From positions 8,149 through 40,148 of the forward strand of contig NZ_JAYKGW010000047.1 of NCBI RefSeq assembly GCF_035285525.1: DNA of 32,000 bases. Direction: 5' to 3'. Source of the DNA: Okeania sp. (GTDB taxonomy: Bacteria; Cyanobacteriota; Cyanobacteriia; Cyanobacteriales; Microcoleaceae). The notes beneath the pieces are model-generated. The model saw only the letters and a program-made list of their open reading frames with translations. It was not told the DNA's origin and searched no databases. This document shows positions 1-9,090 of this stretch, in pieces. The translations under genes were made by a program, and so were the position numbers. Positions within the stretch are counted from its first letter, which is position 1, and every line of letters begins with the position of its first letter.

Positions 1-10
1 GTAAAAAGTT

Positions 11-157
11 ATGGATCGTGGAAAAATTGTGGCTATTATTACTGGAGCTATTTCTATAGGTTTAGCGATCGCTTATTTAATTCTTGTGCAATTATTAGAC
101 TTGCGAGGAGCGGAAATGATACCTGCTCCAACTTCGATATTACCTTTGATTTTTTAA
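11..157 (+). CDS. hypothetical small membrane protein (48 aa)
   Basis: ATG at 11, TAA at 155-157. The product is MDRGKIVAIITGAISIGLAIAYLILVQLLDLRGAEMIPAPTSILPLIF with one clear hydrophobic helix. It is below the 60-aa cutoff of the ORF track. The overlapping minus ORF 54..236 is low complexity. Confidence 0.35.
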   Translation: MDRGKIVAIITGAISIGLAIAYLILVQLLDLRGAEMIPAPTSILPLIF

Positions 158-255
158 GGCAAAGATACTTTTTTTTAAGTAGTGATATTTTTATTGTTTC
201 TTTCTCCTTTTGAGGAGTTAAACTAAAAATAATCACTACTTATTTATCATTAAAT

Positions 256-843
256 TTAATTTTTTTGTTCAATAAAAATCATTCGGGTTCGGATCGGAAT
301 ACCTTGACTTGAAGAAACCCAACCTATAATAAAATAATCTTCAATAGCATTTTTAATTACTATTTTTGAATGGTCGTAAACTGGAACAATAAACTTTTTC
401 ATATATTCTTCTGTCATTTCATCAAGACTAATTAAAATAGCTTTACGGGCAATTCGATAAATATGTTTAATTGCTGTTTCAGCATCTTCAACAAAATGCA
501 ATGAACTTAAACAAAAAACCAAATCGTAGGATTGGGAATCAATTTCTGCCAAAGCAGTTTCTATTGGTTTATGAATAGTTTTATAACCTCTTTTAGCTGC
601 ATATTCCAACATATTAGCTGAAATATCAATACCTGTATATTCAAAATCTCCCTGTAATAATTCACTTAGTAGTCCAGTTCCACAAGCAATATCCAAAATA
701 CTACCTTCATTATCATTATTGTGTTGCTGGAAAATTTTCAATGCTTTACTGTGAAGATTTGCATTAGACTTGCTCTTAGCAACATCATCATATTTGATAG
801 CGTAATTATCATAAAATTCTTCAGCAGAAATTTTGTTCGACAT
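256..843 (-). CDS. class I SAM-dependent methyltransferase
   Basis: 195-aa ORF with SAM-binding motif I (ILDIACGTGLLS) followed by YTGIDIS. Size and layout are typical of small-molecule methyltransferases. Confidence 0.85.
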   Translation of the reverse strand: MSNKISAEEFYDNYAIKYDDVAKSKSNANLHSKALKIFQQHNNDNEGSILDIACGTGLLSELLQGDFEYTGIDISANMLEYAAKRGYKTIHKPIETALAEIDSQSYDLVFCLSSLHFVEDAETAIKHIYRIARKAILISLDEMTEEYMKKFIVPVYDHSKIVIKNAIEDYFIIGWVSSSQGIPIRTRMIFIEQKN

Positions 844-1253
844 AGTTACTAATTCAAAATCAACCTAAATTTATACTTTAATAATATAACTCTCTTGCTA
901 AATAAAATCTGACAAAAATACCATAACTAACCGAAAAATTGTGTATAAGTACCTGGACAGAATTAATTGTGCATTTTTGATGGCTATATCGTCATAAAGA
1001 TATCAAAGGATCGACAATATTTAAGACATACAAATAATTTTGTCTACCTACTTAAAACCTCCCCTTTCAAGGAGATAAAAAAATAAACTTCAGTATTTCA
1101 AGCCTCTGGGAACAACTACGAGATACTGATAACTGATAAGTGAGTTGTAGGGGTTTGGTCTCCAAACCCAAGCAAATTTATAATCTCAATAATAGACATC
1201 TCCAAAAATGAAAATTAAAATCAATTATCTGACAGCAATCATCTATTCTTTCT

Positions 1254-1292
1254 CCCTACTCCCTACTCCCTACTCCCTACTCCCTACTCCCT
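1254..1292. repeat. STRR heptamer array (CCCTACT x5.5)
   Basis: Perfect tandem heptamers read directly, about 25 nt downstream of the stop of the minus-strand gene 1317..2252. Confidence 0.95.
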
Positions 1293-1316
1293 CTTTTCTG
1301 AAGATGCCTAATCATT

Positions 1317-2252
1317 CTATTGATAAATTTTAGTTGCCTTAATCATGTGATAAGAAATCAGTAACTGAGTCAAAGCCAAAGGATAGCTCCGAAGCAGTTC
1401 TCCAGTCGTTCCAACTAACTTACCCAGGTCTGGATCTCCCTCAGTAGAACAGAAATTTTTCAAATTAGGCATTTCATTACAAAGAATCATTTCTAACTCA
1501 TTTACCTGTTCCTTCGTAGCATGACTATCAACTTCCAAAACATCCACAGGTTTACCCATATCCCGGTCTAAACCCAAACGAACTGCTGGCTGAAAACTAG
1601 CACTACCTCGATCGATAATCTCCAGAAAATCTGGATGAGGAATAGTGGGTCTCAGTACCAAACGGACATGAAGTTGAGAAGTATGTGCGTCATCAGCAGA
1701 AGGATAGAAAGTAACAACCACATCCGCCCATTTCCGTTGGGGACGGATAAACGCCTCTGAGTCTGGTTCCCGTTTTTCCATCTCTTTCAGAACTTGTGCT
1801 TCACTGTAGCCACGTTTCATCGTATCCCGTTTTACTTTCCATTTTGCCCTTAGTTCTTCTGGAGGTGCTAAATAAACTTTCACATCATAACAGTCCCTGG
1901 CTGCCCTAGTCGAATAACCTAATAATCCCTCAACAATCACAAATTTTTTAGGGTCAATGTATTCTGGAGGGTCAAACATTCCGGTTGAATGATTATAGAT
2001 AGGTTTGAGAATAGGTTGTCCGGTACGCAGCAAGGTCAAATGTTGCTGCATTATATCAAGATAGTTGCAGTCTGGGTGGAGGGCGGTAATACCTATTTCA
2101 GCTCGTTGTTTTCGATCATAGCGATGGTAATCATCTGTACAAATAATGGTGACATTCTCTGGCCCTAATACTTGAGCTATTCCTTTGGTTAAAGTAGTTT
2201 TACCAGCAGCACTGTCACCGACAATACCTAAGATTATTGGACGATTAGTCAT
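1317..2252 (-). CDS. phosphoribulokinase/uridine kinase family protein (PRK paralog)
   Basis: 311-aa ORF. P-loop GDSAAGKTT, then ICTDDYHRYDRKQR, KPIYNHSTG and VEGLLGY blocks colinear with cyanobacterial/plant phosphoribulokinase. Confidence 0.8.
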   Translation of the reverse strand: MTNRPIILGIVGDSAAGKTTLTKGIAQVLGPENVTIICTDDYHRYDRKQRAEIGITALHPDCNYLDIMQQHLTLLRTGQPILKPIYNHSTGMFDPPEYIDPKKFVIVEGLLGYSTRAARDCYDVKVYLAPPEELRAKWKVKRDTMKRGYSEAQVLKEMEKREPDSEAFIRPQRKWADVVVTFYPSADDAHTSQLHVRLVLRPTIPHPDFLEIIDRGSASFQPAVRLGLDRDMGKPVDVLEVDSHATKEQVNELEMILCNEMPNLKNFCSTEGDPDLGKLVGTTGELLRSYPLALTQLLISYHMIKATKIYQ

Positions 2253-2335
2253 AATTGTATTCTCCCTGTACCGGACAATGGCCTATTATAGTCTGGCCTA
2301 AAATTTTTAGTGATATTAGATTCTATGGTATGTTT

Positions 2336-2549
2336 ATAGATAATTAATAATTAATAATTAATAATTAATAATTGCTAATAATGAGTGGATTTTGGGCAAG
2401 ATAAGGTAGGAAATTAAGGGAAGATTATTCTATAGGCAGGATAGATAATTAATAATTAATAATTAATAATTAATAATTAATAATTAATAATTAATAATTG
2501 CTAATAATGAGTGGATTTTGCGGCAAGATAGGGTAGAAAATTAAGGGAA
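2336..2549. repeat. tandem duplication of about 105 bp, each copy starting with a TAATAAT heptamer array
   Basis: ATAGATAATTAATAATT...GCTAATAATGAGTGGATTTTGGGCAAGATAAGGTAGGAAATTAAGGGAA (2336-2422) recurs at 2441-2549 with a longer heptamer run. Confidence 0.9.
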
Positions 2550-2551
2550 AC

Positions 2552-2640
2552 AGGATTTACGCATGAAAGCTGCTGGTAGGGTGGGTTAGCGGTAGCGTAA
2601 CGCACCGATACACTATATATATTACCTTTGCCCAAGTCCT
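2552..2640. repeat. small palindromic dispersed repeat (AGGACTTACGCA...TGCGTAAGTCCT family), diverged copy
   Basis: Ends are AGGATTTACGCA / TGCCCAAGTCCT. The interior GGTAGGGTGGGTTAGCGGTAGCGTAACGCACC is shared with the copies at 5383-5447, 5806-5908 and 6181-6265. Confidence 0.75.
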
Positions 2641-2715
2641 GGGAAAATTATTCTATAGAATCCCTAAGTGTATCTTTTACATCTTCTAAAACTCCTAATT
2701 CCTCTTGATTCTTCA

Positions 2716-2762
2716 CTACTCCCTACTCCCTACTCCCTACTCCCTACTCCCTACTCCCTACT
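2716..2762. repeat. STRR heptamer array (CTACTCC x6.7)
   Basis: Perfect tandem heptamers with the same unit and orientation as 1254-1292, about 30 nt downstream of the stop of minus-strand gene 2794..3444. Confidence 0.95.
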
Positions 2763-2793
2763 TTCACAACAAGACTTCTTTAGCTAACCCTAA

Positions 2794-3444
2794 TTAACAT
2801 TGAATATAAGCCTTCCATACCCAACCTACTTCTTGAGGTTTAGCCATAGATTTAACATAAACCCACTTATCTTTAGACTCTTGTCCTGCTGGTGGTTGTG
2901 AAACTTGTAGTTGAGTACCTTTTTGAAAGCTATAGGGCATAGGTTGACTTTGAGCATTGGGAAAATCTTGAACTGCAATATAATCAGAACCAGACCAACC
3001 TTTAACTTGACACATTGTTCCTATAGGTATTCCACCTGTTGTACTGCCTGTATTGGTTTGTTGTGAAGCAGAGCGTGTATTACAATTTTGCAGATATAAA
3101 GTATACACCCAACCTTGAACATTATTTGGCCCAGTGACTTGTGTCCATTGTCCGTCATTAGACCTATTGATGACTGTTACAGGAGTACCATCATTGAAAG
3201 CAGCAATATTTTTACCACCACCAGGTCGATCTCGGAAATCTACATTTTGACGGTTATCTGCTGATGAAGACTGAAGTTGACAAACTTCTTGTTGTTGAGC
3301 AATTAATATCTCATTTGTACCGTTAATATGTGAAATTAATTGGTTTGCCTTAGCTATATTCGGCATTTGGCTTCCTAATAAAGATAGAGAAGCAATGGTT
3401 AATATTCTTAGATAATTTGGCTTTTGCTTAACGTTATTTTGCAT
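2794..3444 (-). CDS. secreted SH3b-domain protein
   Basis: 216-aa ORF. It has an N-terminal signal-like hydrophobic stretch (ILTIASLSLLGSQ) and two SH3b-like modules ending in QGWVYTLYL and VGWVWKAYI. Confidence 0.65.
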   Translation of the reverse strand: MQNNVKQKPNYLRILTIASLSLLGSQMPNIAKANQLISHINGTNEILIAQQQEVCQLQSSSADNRQNVDFRDRPGGGKNIAAFNDGTPVTVINRSNDGQWTQVTGPNNVQGWVYTLYLQNCNTRSASQQTNTGSTTGGIPIGTMCQVKGWSGSDYIAVQDFPNAQSQPMPYSFQKGTQLQVSQPPAGQESKDKWVYVKSMAKPQEVGWVWKAYIQC

Positions 3445-3748
3445 AAATATTCTTTTGATAAGTTTTGCTACAAACTGTATAAGTCTATATTTCAGAGATT
3501 TTGATTTCTCTTAAGACTTGATTTATCTTAAAATACCTTTTTGAAAAAATTAGTATTACCGATAACAATATTGAGATTTTAATATTAAATTATCTCAATT
3601 ACAAGAGAAGTTTAGTGATTTTAAAAAATCTTAATTTACCTTTTAAGAGCTTTAAATTTCAGGTCAAGAAGATCAGGAATATAAAGAGAAATACGATTTT
3701 TATTGTCAGCGTAAATTCGTATAAAAAATCAACCGGACTGTCATATAA

Positions 3749-3935
3749 TTAAGCATTCAGCAGTCAGCTATTAGCTTTTGAGGCAAATCTATAATTTACG
3801 GCAATAAATATAAATAGTTTAAAAACATCAGATAAGTAGAAGTTAAAAGAGTTTTTGCCATTTATTTTTATTGTGCTTGAGCTAACTGCTGACAGCTAAT
3901 AGCTGTTGGCGCAGCATGACCCAGGAAATGCTTAC
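3749..3935. mobile_element. MITE-like element, GTAAGCATT-terminus family
   Basis: Ends are TTAAGCATTCAGCAGTCAGCTATTAGC / GCTGACAGCTAATAGCTGTTGGCGCAGCATGACCCAGGAAATGCTTAC. The interior is the reverse complement of the copy at about 21810-21980. There is no ORF. Confidence 0.65.
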
Positions 3936-3971
3936 AAAATTAAAACCCTATATTCTCAAAATAAATTATCC

Positions 3972-5183
3972 CTAACTACAAAATTTTTCCACACAACGAA
4001 TAAACATTTCTACTCCCATTCCCAAAGCTGTTTCATCAAAATCAAATCTAGGATGATGATGAGGATAAGCCAACTTTTTCTCAGCATTTGCTGAACCTAA
4101 AAAGAAATAACAACCAGGTATTTCTCGTAGAAAAAATGACATATCTTCACCTCCCATAGTTTGACATTCTGGTACAACACCAGCCGGAGTTTCTACTATT
4201 GATTCAGCCACACTTTTAACTAAATCTGCAACTTCTTGATTGTTAATTAATGGGGGATAAAGTGGAATATAATTAAACTCATAATTTGCTCCATAAGTTG
4301 CACAAACTCCCGAAATTATTTGCTCAATTTTTTGACTAAAATAATCTTGATAATCTAAACTAAAATAGCGGACTGTACCACTCAGTCTGGCAGTATCAGC
4401 AATCACATTAAATGCTCTACCTGCATTCAACTTCCCTATTGTAACAACTGCTGAATCTATAGGATTAATATTCCGAGCTACTATAGTTTGTAAAGCATTA
4501 ACAATTTGCGCTGCTACCACAATAGAATCTACAGTTTGATGTGGCATTGCTCCATGCCCACCTTTGCCCAAAATTGTGCAACTAAATCTTTCGGTAGCTG
4601 CCATTAAAGCACCACTACGGACTCCTACTGTACCAAGGGGGAGATTATTCCACAAGTGCAAACCAATAATAGTATCTACATCAGGGTTTTTCAATACTCC
4701 TGCTTCAATCATCGGTTTAGCCCCTCCGGGACCTTCTTCGGCAGGTTGAAAAATAATTTTGACTATACCACTAAAATCTTGACGATGAGTAGCAAGATAG
4801 TGGGCAGTACCGAGAGCGATCGCTGTATGTCCATCATGGCCACAAGCGTGCATAATACCATCATGTATGGATTTATATGGAACCTCGTTTAATTCTTGCA
4901 CTGGTAGTGCGTCTAAGTCTGCTCTGATACCAAGTACGGGACCTGGTTTACCACTGTTAATGGTGGCAACTATACCTGTGTTGGCAATTTCGGTTTGATG
5001 TTCGATGTTCCACTCTTGTAATTTTTGGGAAATAAATTGTGCTGTTAGATGTTCTTTGAAACCAAGTTCTGGTCTTTGGTGCAAATGTCGTCGCCACTCT
5101 ACTAATAGTGGTTGCAGTTTTCTAATGTCTGAGCGTAGTTGAGATGCGATCACAGAATTTGAGGTTGGAATAGTTGAAACCAT
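3972..5183 (-). CDS. M20 family amidohydrolase (N-acyl-L-amino acid amidohydrolase / hippurate hydrolase type)
   Basis: Motifs HQRPELGFKE, ACGHDGH, FQPAEEGPGG and GGEDMSFF. The start is placed at the ATG at 5183 (MVSTIPTSNS...). The ORF is open up to 5267, but the extra 28 codons are low complexity. Confidence 0.85.
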   Translation of the reverse strand: MVSTIPTSNSVIASQLRSDIRKLQPLLVEWRRHLHQRPELGFKEHLTAQFISQKLQEWNIEHQTEIANTGIVATINSGKPGPVLGIRADLDALPVQELNEVPYKSIHDGIMHACGHDGHTAIALGTAHYLATHRQDFSGIVKIIFQPAEEGPGGAKPMIEAGVLKNPDVDTIIGLHLWNNLPLGTVGVRSGALMAATERFSCTILGKGGHGAMPHQTVDSIVVAAQIVNALQTIVARNINPIDSAVVTIGKLNAGRAFNVIADTARLSGTVRYFSLDYQDYFSQKIEQIISGVCATYGANYEFNYIPLYPPLINNQEVADLVKSVAESIVETPAGVVPECQTMGGEDMSFFLREIPGCYFFLGSANAEKKLAYPHHHPRFDFDETALGMGVEMFIRCVEKFCS

Positions 5184-5473
5184 ATTTTTTGATAATTTAG
5201 AATTTGGTAGTTTTGTATAATAATCAGGACTAAAGCTATGAAAGCTATTCTTAGTGGACTGTTTCACCTAAAATAATGCATGATTATTTGTCATTGCGAA
5301 CGAATGTGTTTGCCTAGCATTCCCTAGGAAAGCAATCTCAGGCCAACTTCCTATTGCACCATTTGAAGATGAAACAATCGAGTAGTGGGTTAGCGCACAA
5401 CGCACAACGCACCAAGACACTACATATACTGTCTTTGCGTAAGTCCTGATAATGCTATACAGAAAAAATGAAT

Positions 5474-5661
5474 ATCAGGTACGGGAGCCAGATGCTCTCA
5501 CTATTATTGTAACCCAAATAATGAATGGCGATCGCCTTCCGAAAAAAAGACGGTATAGATAATCAGGAACATCAGGTACGGGAGCCAGATGCTCCCACTA
5601 TTATCCTCACCCAAATAATGAGTGGCAAGCGCCTTCCGAAAAAAAGACGGTATAGACAATC
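5474..5661. repeat. tandem duplication, 2 x 97 bp
   Basis: ATCAGGTACGGGAGCCAGATGCTC.CACTATTAT...CCTTCCGAAAAAAAGACGGTATAGA.AATC occurs twice head to tail (5474-5564 and 5571-5661). Confidence 0.9.
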
Positions 5662-5724
5662 TAGTCATCTTTAGATGACTTCAGGTATCAGCCAAGGATT
5701 TCAATCCTTGGCGAACTTGGCGAA

Positions 5725-5781
5725 CTATATTTTTTCTATATCTTTTTCTGTTTCAGGTTGAATAATAATTTTGTAGTTCAT
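5725..5781 (-). pseudogene. remnant of a RelE/ParE-type toxin (first 18 codons only)
   Basis: The minus-strand reading MNYKIIIQPETEKDIEKI* matches the usual N-terminus of ParE/RelE toxins that follow this antitoxin family. It is truncated by a stop and followed by unrelated repeats. Confidence 0.4.
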
Positions 5782-5805
5782 TTTCTGTTTTTAATAGGAC
5801 TTACG

Positions 5806-5908
5806 CATAAACGCTATTGGTAGGGTATGTTTCGCTACGCGACATGAAAAGCGCACAACCCACAACGCACCAATACTCTATATATATAGTGCCTCCTGTG
5901 TAAGTCCT
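5806..5908. repeat. small palindromic dispersed repeat (AGGACTTACGCA...TGTGTAAGTCCT)
   Basis: Inverted termini read directly. It sits between the antitoxin and toxin remnants. Confidence 0.85.
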
Positions 5909-5909
5909 G

Positions 5910-6123
5910 TTTAATTCTTTGTTTAACTTCCTCCCAGTTTGAACCTATTGTAGAGTTTTCCTCATACAATTCTAAGCGATAATCTAGTTCTTGTTTTTGT
6001 TCTTTTGTTTGTTAGCTCAATTTTATCTGGCATATCAGTAATACTATTCCAGATATTTTCTATTAATCCTAGTCTTTCTGAAATACTAAGTTGTAAGATT
6101 TGGTTTATTAGCTTAGTAGTCAT
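5910..6123 (-). pseudogene. frameshifted addiction-module antitoxin-like gene
   Basis: Minus strand from the ATG at 6123 reads MTTKLINQILQLSISERLGLIENIWNSITDMPDKIEL. After a 1-nt frame change near 6010-6020 it continues QTKEQKQELDYRLELYEENSTIGSNWEEVKQRI. The 3' end runs into the repeat at 5806-5908. Confidence 0.55.
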
Positions 6124-6180
6124 AATAAAATTGCTTCAATAGACTGATAATGAATAATCAAAACTATCTTTAATTATCAT

Positions 6181-6484
6181 ACGACTTACCCATCGACGCT
6201 ACTGGTAGGGTTTGTTTCGCTACGCGACATGAAAAGCGCACTTCGTAACCTACCAACACTCTATAGAACCCCTAAACGTATCTTTGCAAAAGTGAGAACT
6301 AGGAGACAGGAGTCAGGACTCAGGAGTCAGGAGTTAGGAGTCAGAAGTCAGGAGTTAGAGAAATAAAATAAGGAATAAAGTAGAAAAATGCCTCCATCTT
6401 CCCAAGCTCCCCAACCTCCCCATCTATAAAAAAATAGATCCGGTTAGGGGTTCTATATATATATAGAGCCTTTGCGTAAGTCCT
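6181..6484. repeat. nested repeat stack (palindromic repeat split by a second palindromic repeat that is split by a heptamer array)
   Basis: The outer element has a left half at 6181-6265 (ACGACTTACCCA...) and a right half at 6455-6484 (...TTTGCGTAAGTCCT). The inner halves are TATAGAACCCCTAAACGTATCTTTGCAAAAG (6262-6292) and CCGGTTAGGGGTTCTATA (6441-6458). The core is a CAGGAGT-type heptamer array at 6301-6358. Confidence 0.7.
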
Positions 6485-6491
6485 GTATCAA

Positions 6492-7187
6492 TTATCCTAC
6501 TTTAGCTGGCAAGGGCATAAATTTCTCTAAATCTAAATTAGAAGCAACTTTAGCTAATTCACCCAAGTCAGTAATATCTGCTAAATGTGGTATAATTCCG
6601 CAAACTTGCACTTGGGTTAAAGATTCAATGAGGTCAACTGGAGTCCAGTCAACTATTTCTTCTTTTGAACAAGGTTTAACACAGTTGAGAATAATGCCTC
6701 GGAGATTAACTTTCATTTGACGTGCTAGAGCAACATTGGCTATCGTTTGAGCGATCGCTCCTAACTTAACTGGTACAACCAAAATTGTAGGTAAATGCCA
6801 ATCTCTTGCTATGTCTGCCACTGTCAGTTCATGGGTTACAGGGGAACCCAGTCCTCCCAAACCTTCAACTAAGACAAAATCTTTTTGTTGTCGCAAAGTG
6901 GTAAAGGTTGACCATACATGACCTAATTCTATTAAACGACCTTCCCGTTCCGAAGCTACCGGAGGAGCAACAGGTGTTCTATACCACAAAGGATTGATTT
7001 CGTCAAGGGATTGATCGAGAGAAAATAGTTTAGTGTAGAGTTCGCGATCGCCAATACCAGTTTGAATAGGTTTAAATAAGGCTAATTTAAGGTCTTTGTG
7101 ATAAGTTTGCCAGTAGGCAGCAAGAGCGATGGTTAATATAGTTTTGCCAGCATCAGTATCAGTTGCTGTAATTAAGAGTTCTTTCAA
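6492..7187 (-). CDS. bioD: dethiobiotin synthase
   Basis: 231-aa ORF with N-terminal ITATDTDAGKTILT P-loop and LVEGLGGLGSPV, in the usual BioD length and order. Confidence 0.9.
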   Translation of the reverse strand: MKELLITATDTDAGKTILTIALAAYWQTYHKDLKLALFKPIQTGIGDRELYTKLFSLDQSLDEINPLWYRTPVAPPVASEREGRLIELGHVWSTFTTLRQQKDFVLVEGLGGLGSPVTHELTVADIARDWHLPTILVVPVKLGAIAQTIANVALARQMKVNLRGIILNCVKPCSKEEIVDWTPVDLIESLTQVQVCGIIPHLADITDLGELAKVASNLDLEKFMPLPAKVG

Positions 7188-7216
7188 AGTGTTTATCCTA
7201 GAATTTAATTTGGGTC

Positions 7217-7312
7217 AGGACTTACGCAAAGGTACTATATACTATATATAGAGTCAAAAAACTATTGCGTATGGGGTTTTAAGCACTATATTTAGGTTCT
7301 TGTGTAAGTCCT
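7217..7312. repeat. small palindromic dispersed repeat (AGGACTTACGCA...TGTGTAAGTCCT)
   Basis: Termini read directly. The interior is nearly identical to the copy at 20481-20574. Confidence 0.9.
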
Positions 7313-7983
7313 GTTGGGTAAAAAAAGTATAGAAAACGGGTTTATATTAACATCTCCAGATTAGATTACAAAAATTCGACTTTTCTAATTATGCCTTCAC
7401 GTTCCAATACTTCCCAAATCAGAATTAACCGGGTTTATGGGAGACAGATATCAGTAGACATCTCCGGAAAAGAGAGAATAGGGAACAGGGAATAGGGGGA
7501 GAAATTGATGACTTATAGATAATAATTGATTATATTTTTAATTTTTGGAGATGTTTAGTATAGTTGGCATTTCATATAGAACCCTTAATCATATCAAATC
7601 CGCTTAATTCGGTAGAAAAAAATGTTTTATCTTTAACCATTGCTATATCTTCCCATACTCCCCACACGAACCACACTCTTTTTACACCGATACTACCGGA
7701 TTTGATATTATGCCCTAACCGGACATATTTTTTTATAGAACCCCTAACCGTATCTTTACAAAGAAAGGTGTGTTTTTTTGCAAAGATACAGTTAGGGGTT
7801 ATATAGACCTGGTTTCTCTACTTTTTTATACCAATACTACCGGATTTGATATTACAACCTAAAGCAGATTTTTAAATGACCTTAAATGGCCAAAGAATAA
7901 TGGCCTCACTATCTTGATCAGGCTATTTAAAAAAAAGTACATTGTAGATTGCAATTATGCAAAAGTTCGCCATAATATATATT

Positions 7984-8002
7984 TAGGTCTTTAAAAGACC
8001 TA
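7984..8002. promoter_or_regulatory. perfect 9-1-9 inverted repeat, candidate operator upstream of the ParM-like gene
   Basis: TAGGTCTTT-A-AAAGACCTA lies 35 nt upstream of the ATG at 8038. RHH proteins such as ParR typically bind repeats upstream of their own operon. Function is inferred only. Confidence 0.3.
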
Positions 8003-8037
8003 TTAAAAACTTATTGAGAATAATAACAATAAAAATT

Positions 8038-9090
8038 ATGGTAACAACCACAATGGACAATCTTGTTAGCTCGTATAAGGAGGAATTAATATCAGACAGT
8101 ATTTCTATTGGCATTGACAACGGCAACGGACGGATCAAATCCAAATCTAGTAAAGGTGTAGAGGTTCGGATTAAATCATTAATCCACTATTTAGATGATG
8201 AGCAAGAAATAACAGATGGCGGTCAAGAGTCCGTGTTTGTTGAATATGTAGTAGGTCCCCGCACTGACTTGTGTGGCAAAAGGTTCGTAGTAGGTCAACA
8301 AGCTTACCAGTTCGATCCGGTTGGAGTGCTATCAACTTCAGATGATAGAGAAGGTAAAAGCAAGTTTGCTTTAGAGCTAACCCTAGCTGCAATAGCAGCC
8401 AGTATCACAATGGATTATACGGATGTAGGGATCGTATCAAGTGTACATGATCTTGCAGTCTTGAATGATTTGAAGTCTAAAGTTAATGGAGAACATACAG
8501 TCAAGCTGAATAATCAAATCAGAAAAGTAAATCTTGACTTAAAAGCTGTGAAAACAGAAGGTGTGGGAGCTTATGCTAGCTTGTTGCAGACCAAAAAATG
8601 CAGCAAAGAATCCCAGACAGTTTTGCTCGACCTTGGTTATGGAACAGTCATAGTTTCTGTTTATTCCAACGGCGCTTTCAAACAAATATTGCGATTTCCA
8701 GATCTGGGTGTTAAGTCTCTATATCAACGCATTGCTAATAATTTAGATTTGCGCAAACAGCTAAAACGTAACGGCGATATGCAGCTTATTCAAAAAGCTG
8801 TAGAATGCGGTGATTTTGTCTATGGCAACAATAAGATTAGTGAATTTTCCATTGCTGAAATTTACAATCAGGAATTGAGAATATGGGTCAAAAACTCACT
8901 GGTAAAGGTATTAGGCAAGATTGATAGCTATTTAGATGGCGCTGAGTTTTTGTTTGCTATTGGTGGCGGTGCTAAACTACCAAAAATCTCTCCCTGGCTT
9001 GAAAAAAAAGGTTTTGAGACCATCGAAGATTCCGAGTTTATCAATGCTCGTGGGTTACTGGCGATCGCACAAAGAGAGGCTAAAAAATGA
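8038..9090 (+). CDS. ParM/StbA-family actin-like ATPase
   Basis: Actin-fold motifs occur in order: IGIDNGNGRIK (phosphate 1), LLDLGYGTVIVS (phosphate 2) and FAIGGGAKL (adenosine). The ORF is open from the TTG at 8014. ATG candidates are at 8038 and 8053. Confidence 0.8.
   Translation: MVTTTMDNLVSSYKEELISDSISIGIDNGNGRIKSKSSKGVEVRIKSLIHYLDDEQEITDGGQESVFVEYVVGPRTDLCGKRFVVGQQAYQFDPVGVLSTSDDREGKSKFALELTLAAIAASITMDYTDVGIVSSVHDLAVLNDLKSKVNGEHTVKLNNQIRKVNLDLKAVKTEGVGAYASLLQTKKCSKESQTVLLDLGYGTVIVSVYSNGAFKQILRFPDLGVKSLYQRIANNLDLRKQLKRNGDMQLIQKAVECGDFVYGNNKISEFSIAEIYNQELRIWVKNSLVKVLGKIDSYLDGAEFLFAIGGGAKLPKISPWLEKKGFETIEDSEFINARGLLAIAQREAKK

Noticed and set aside
54-236. 60-aa minus-strand ORF
   Set aside because: Its composition is lysine- and leucine-rich and low complexity. 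The plus-strand 48-aa membrane ORF is a somewhat better, though still weak, explanation.
3906-4892. Plus-strand ORFs 3906..4094, 4564..4749 and 4656..4892
   Set aside because: They are antisense to the M20 amidohydrolase or extend out of a MITE end.
5184-5267. N-terminal 28-codon extension of the M20 amidohydrolase
   Set aside because: The extension is low complexity, and family members as I recall them begin near MVST.... It is kept as a possibility only.
6472-6720. 82-aa plus-strand ORF
   Set aside because: It is antisense to bioD.
7564-7806. 80-aa plus-strand ORF
   Set aside because: It runs entirely through dispersed repeats and palindromes, with low-complexity, proline- and histidine-rich composition.
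7591-7854. CGGATTTGATAT motifs upstream of the ParM-like gene as parC centromere iterons
   Set aside because: There are only three copies (one inverted), and they look like termini of dispersed palindromic repeats also seen elsewhere in the window. This is not enough to call a centromere.
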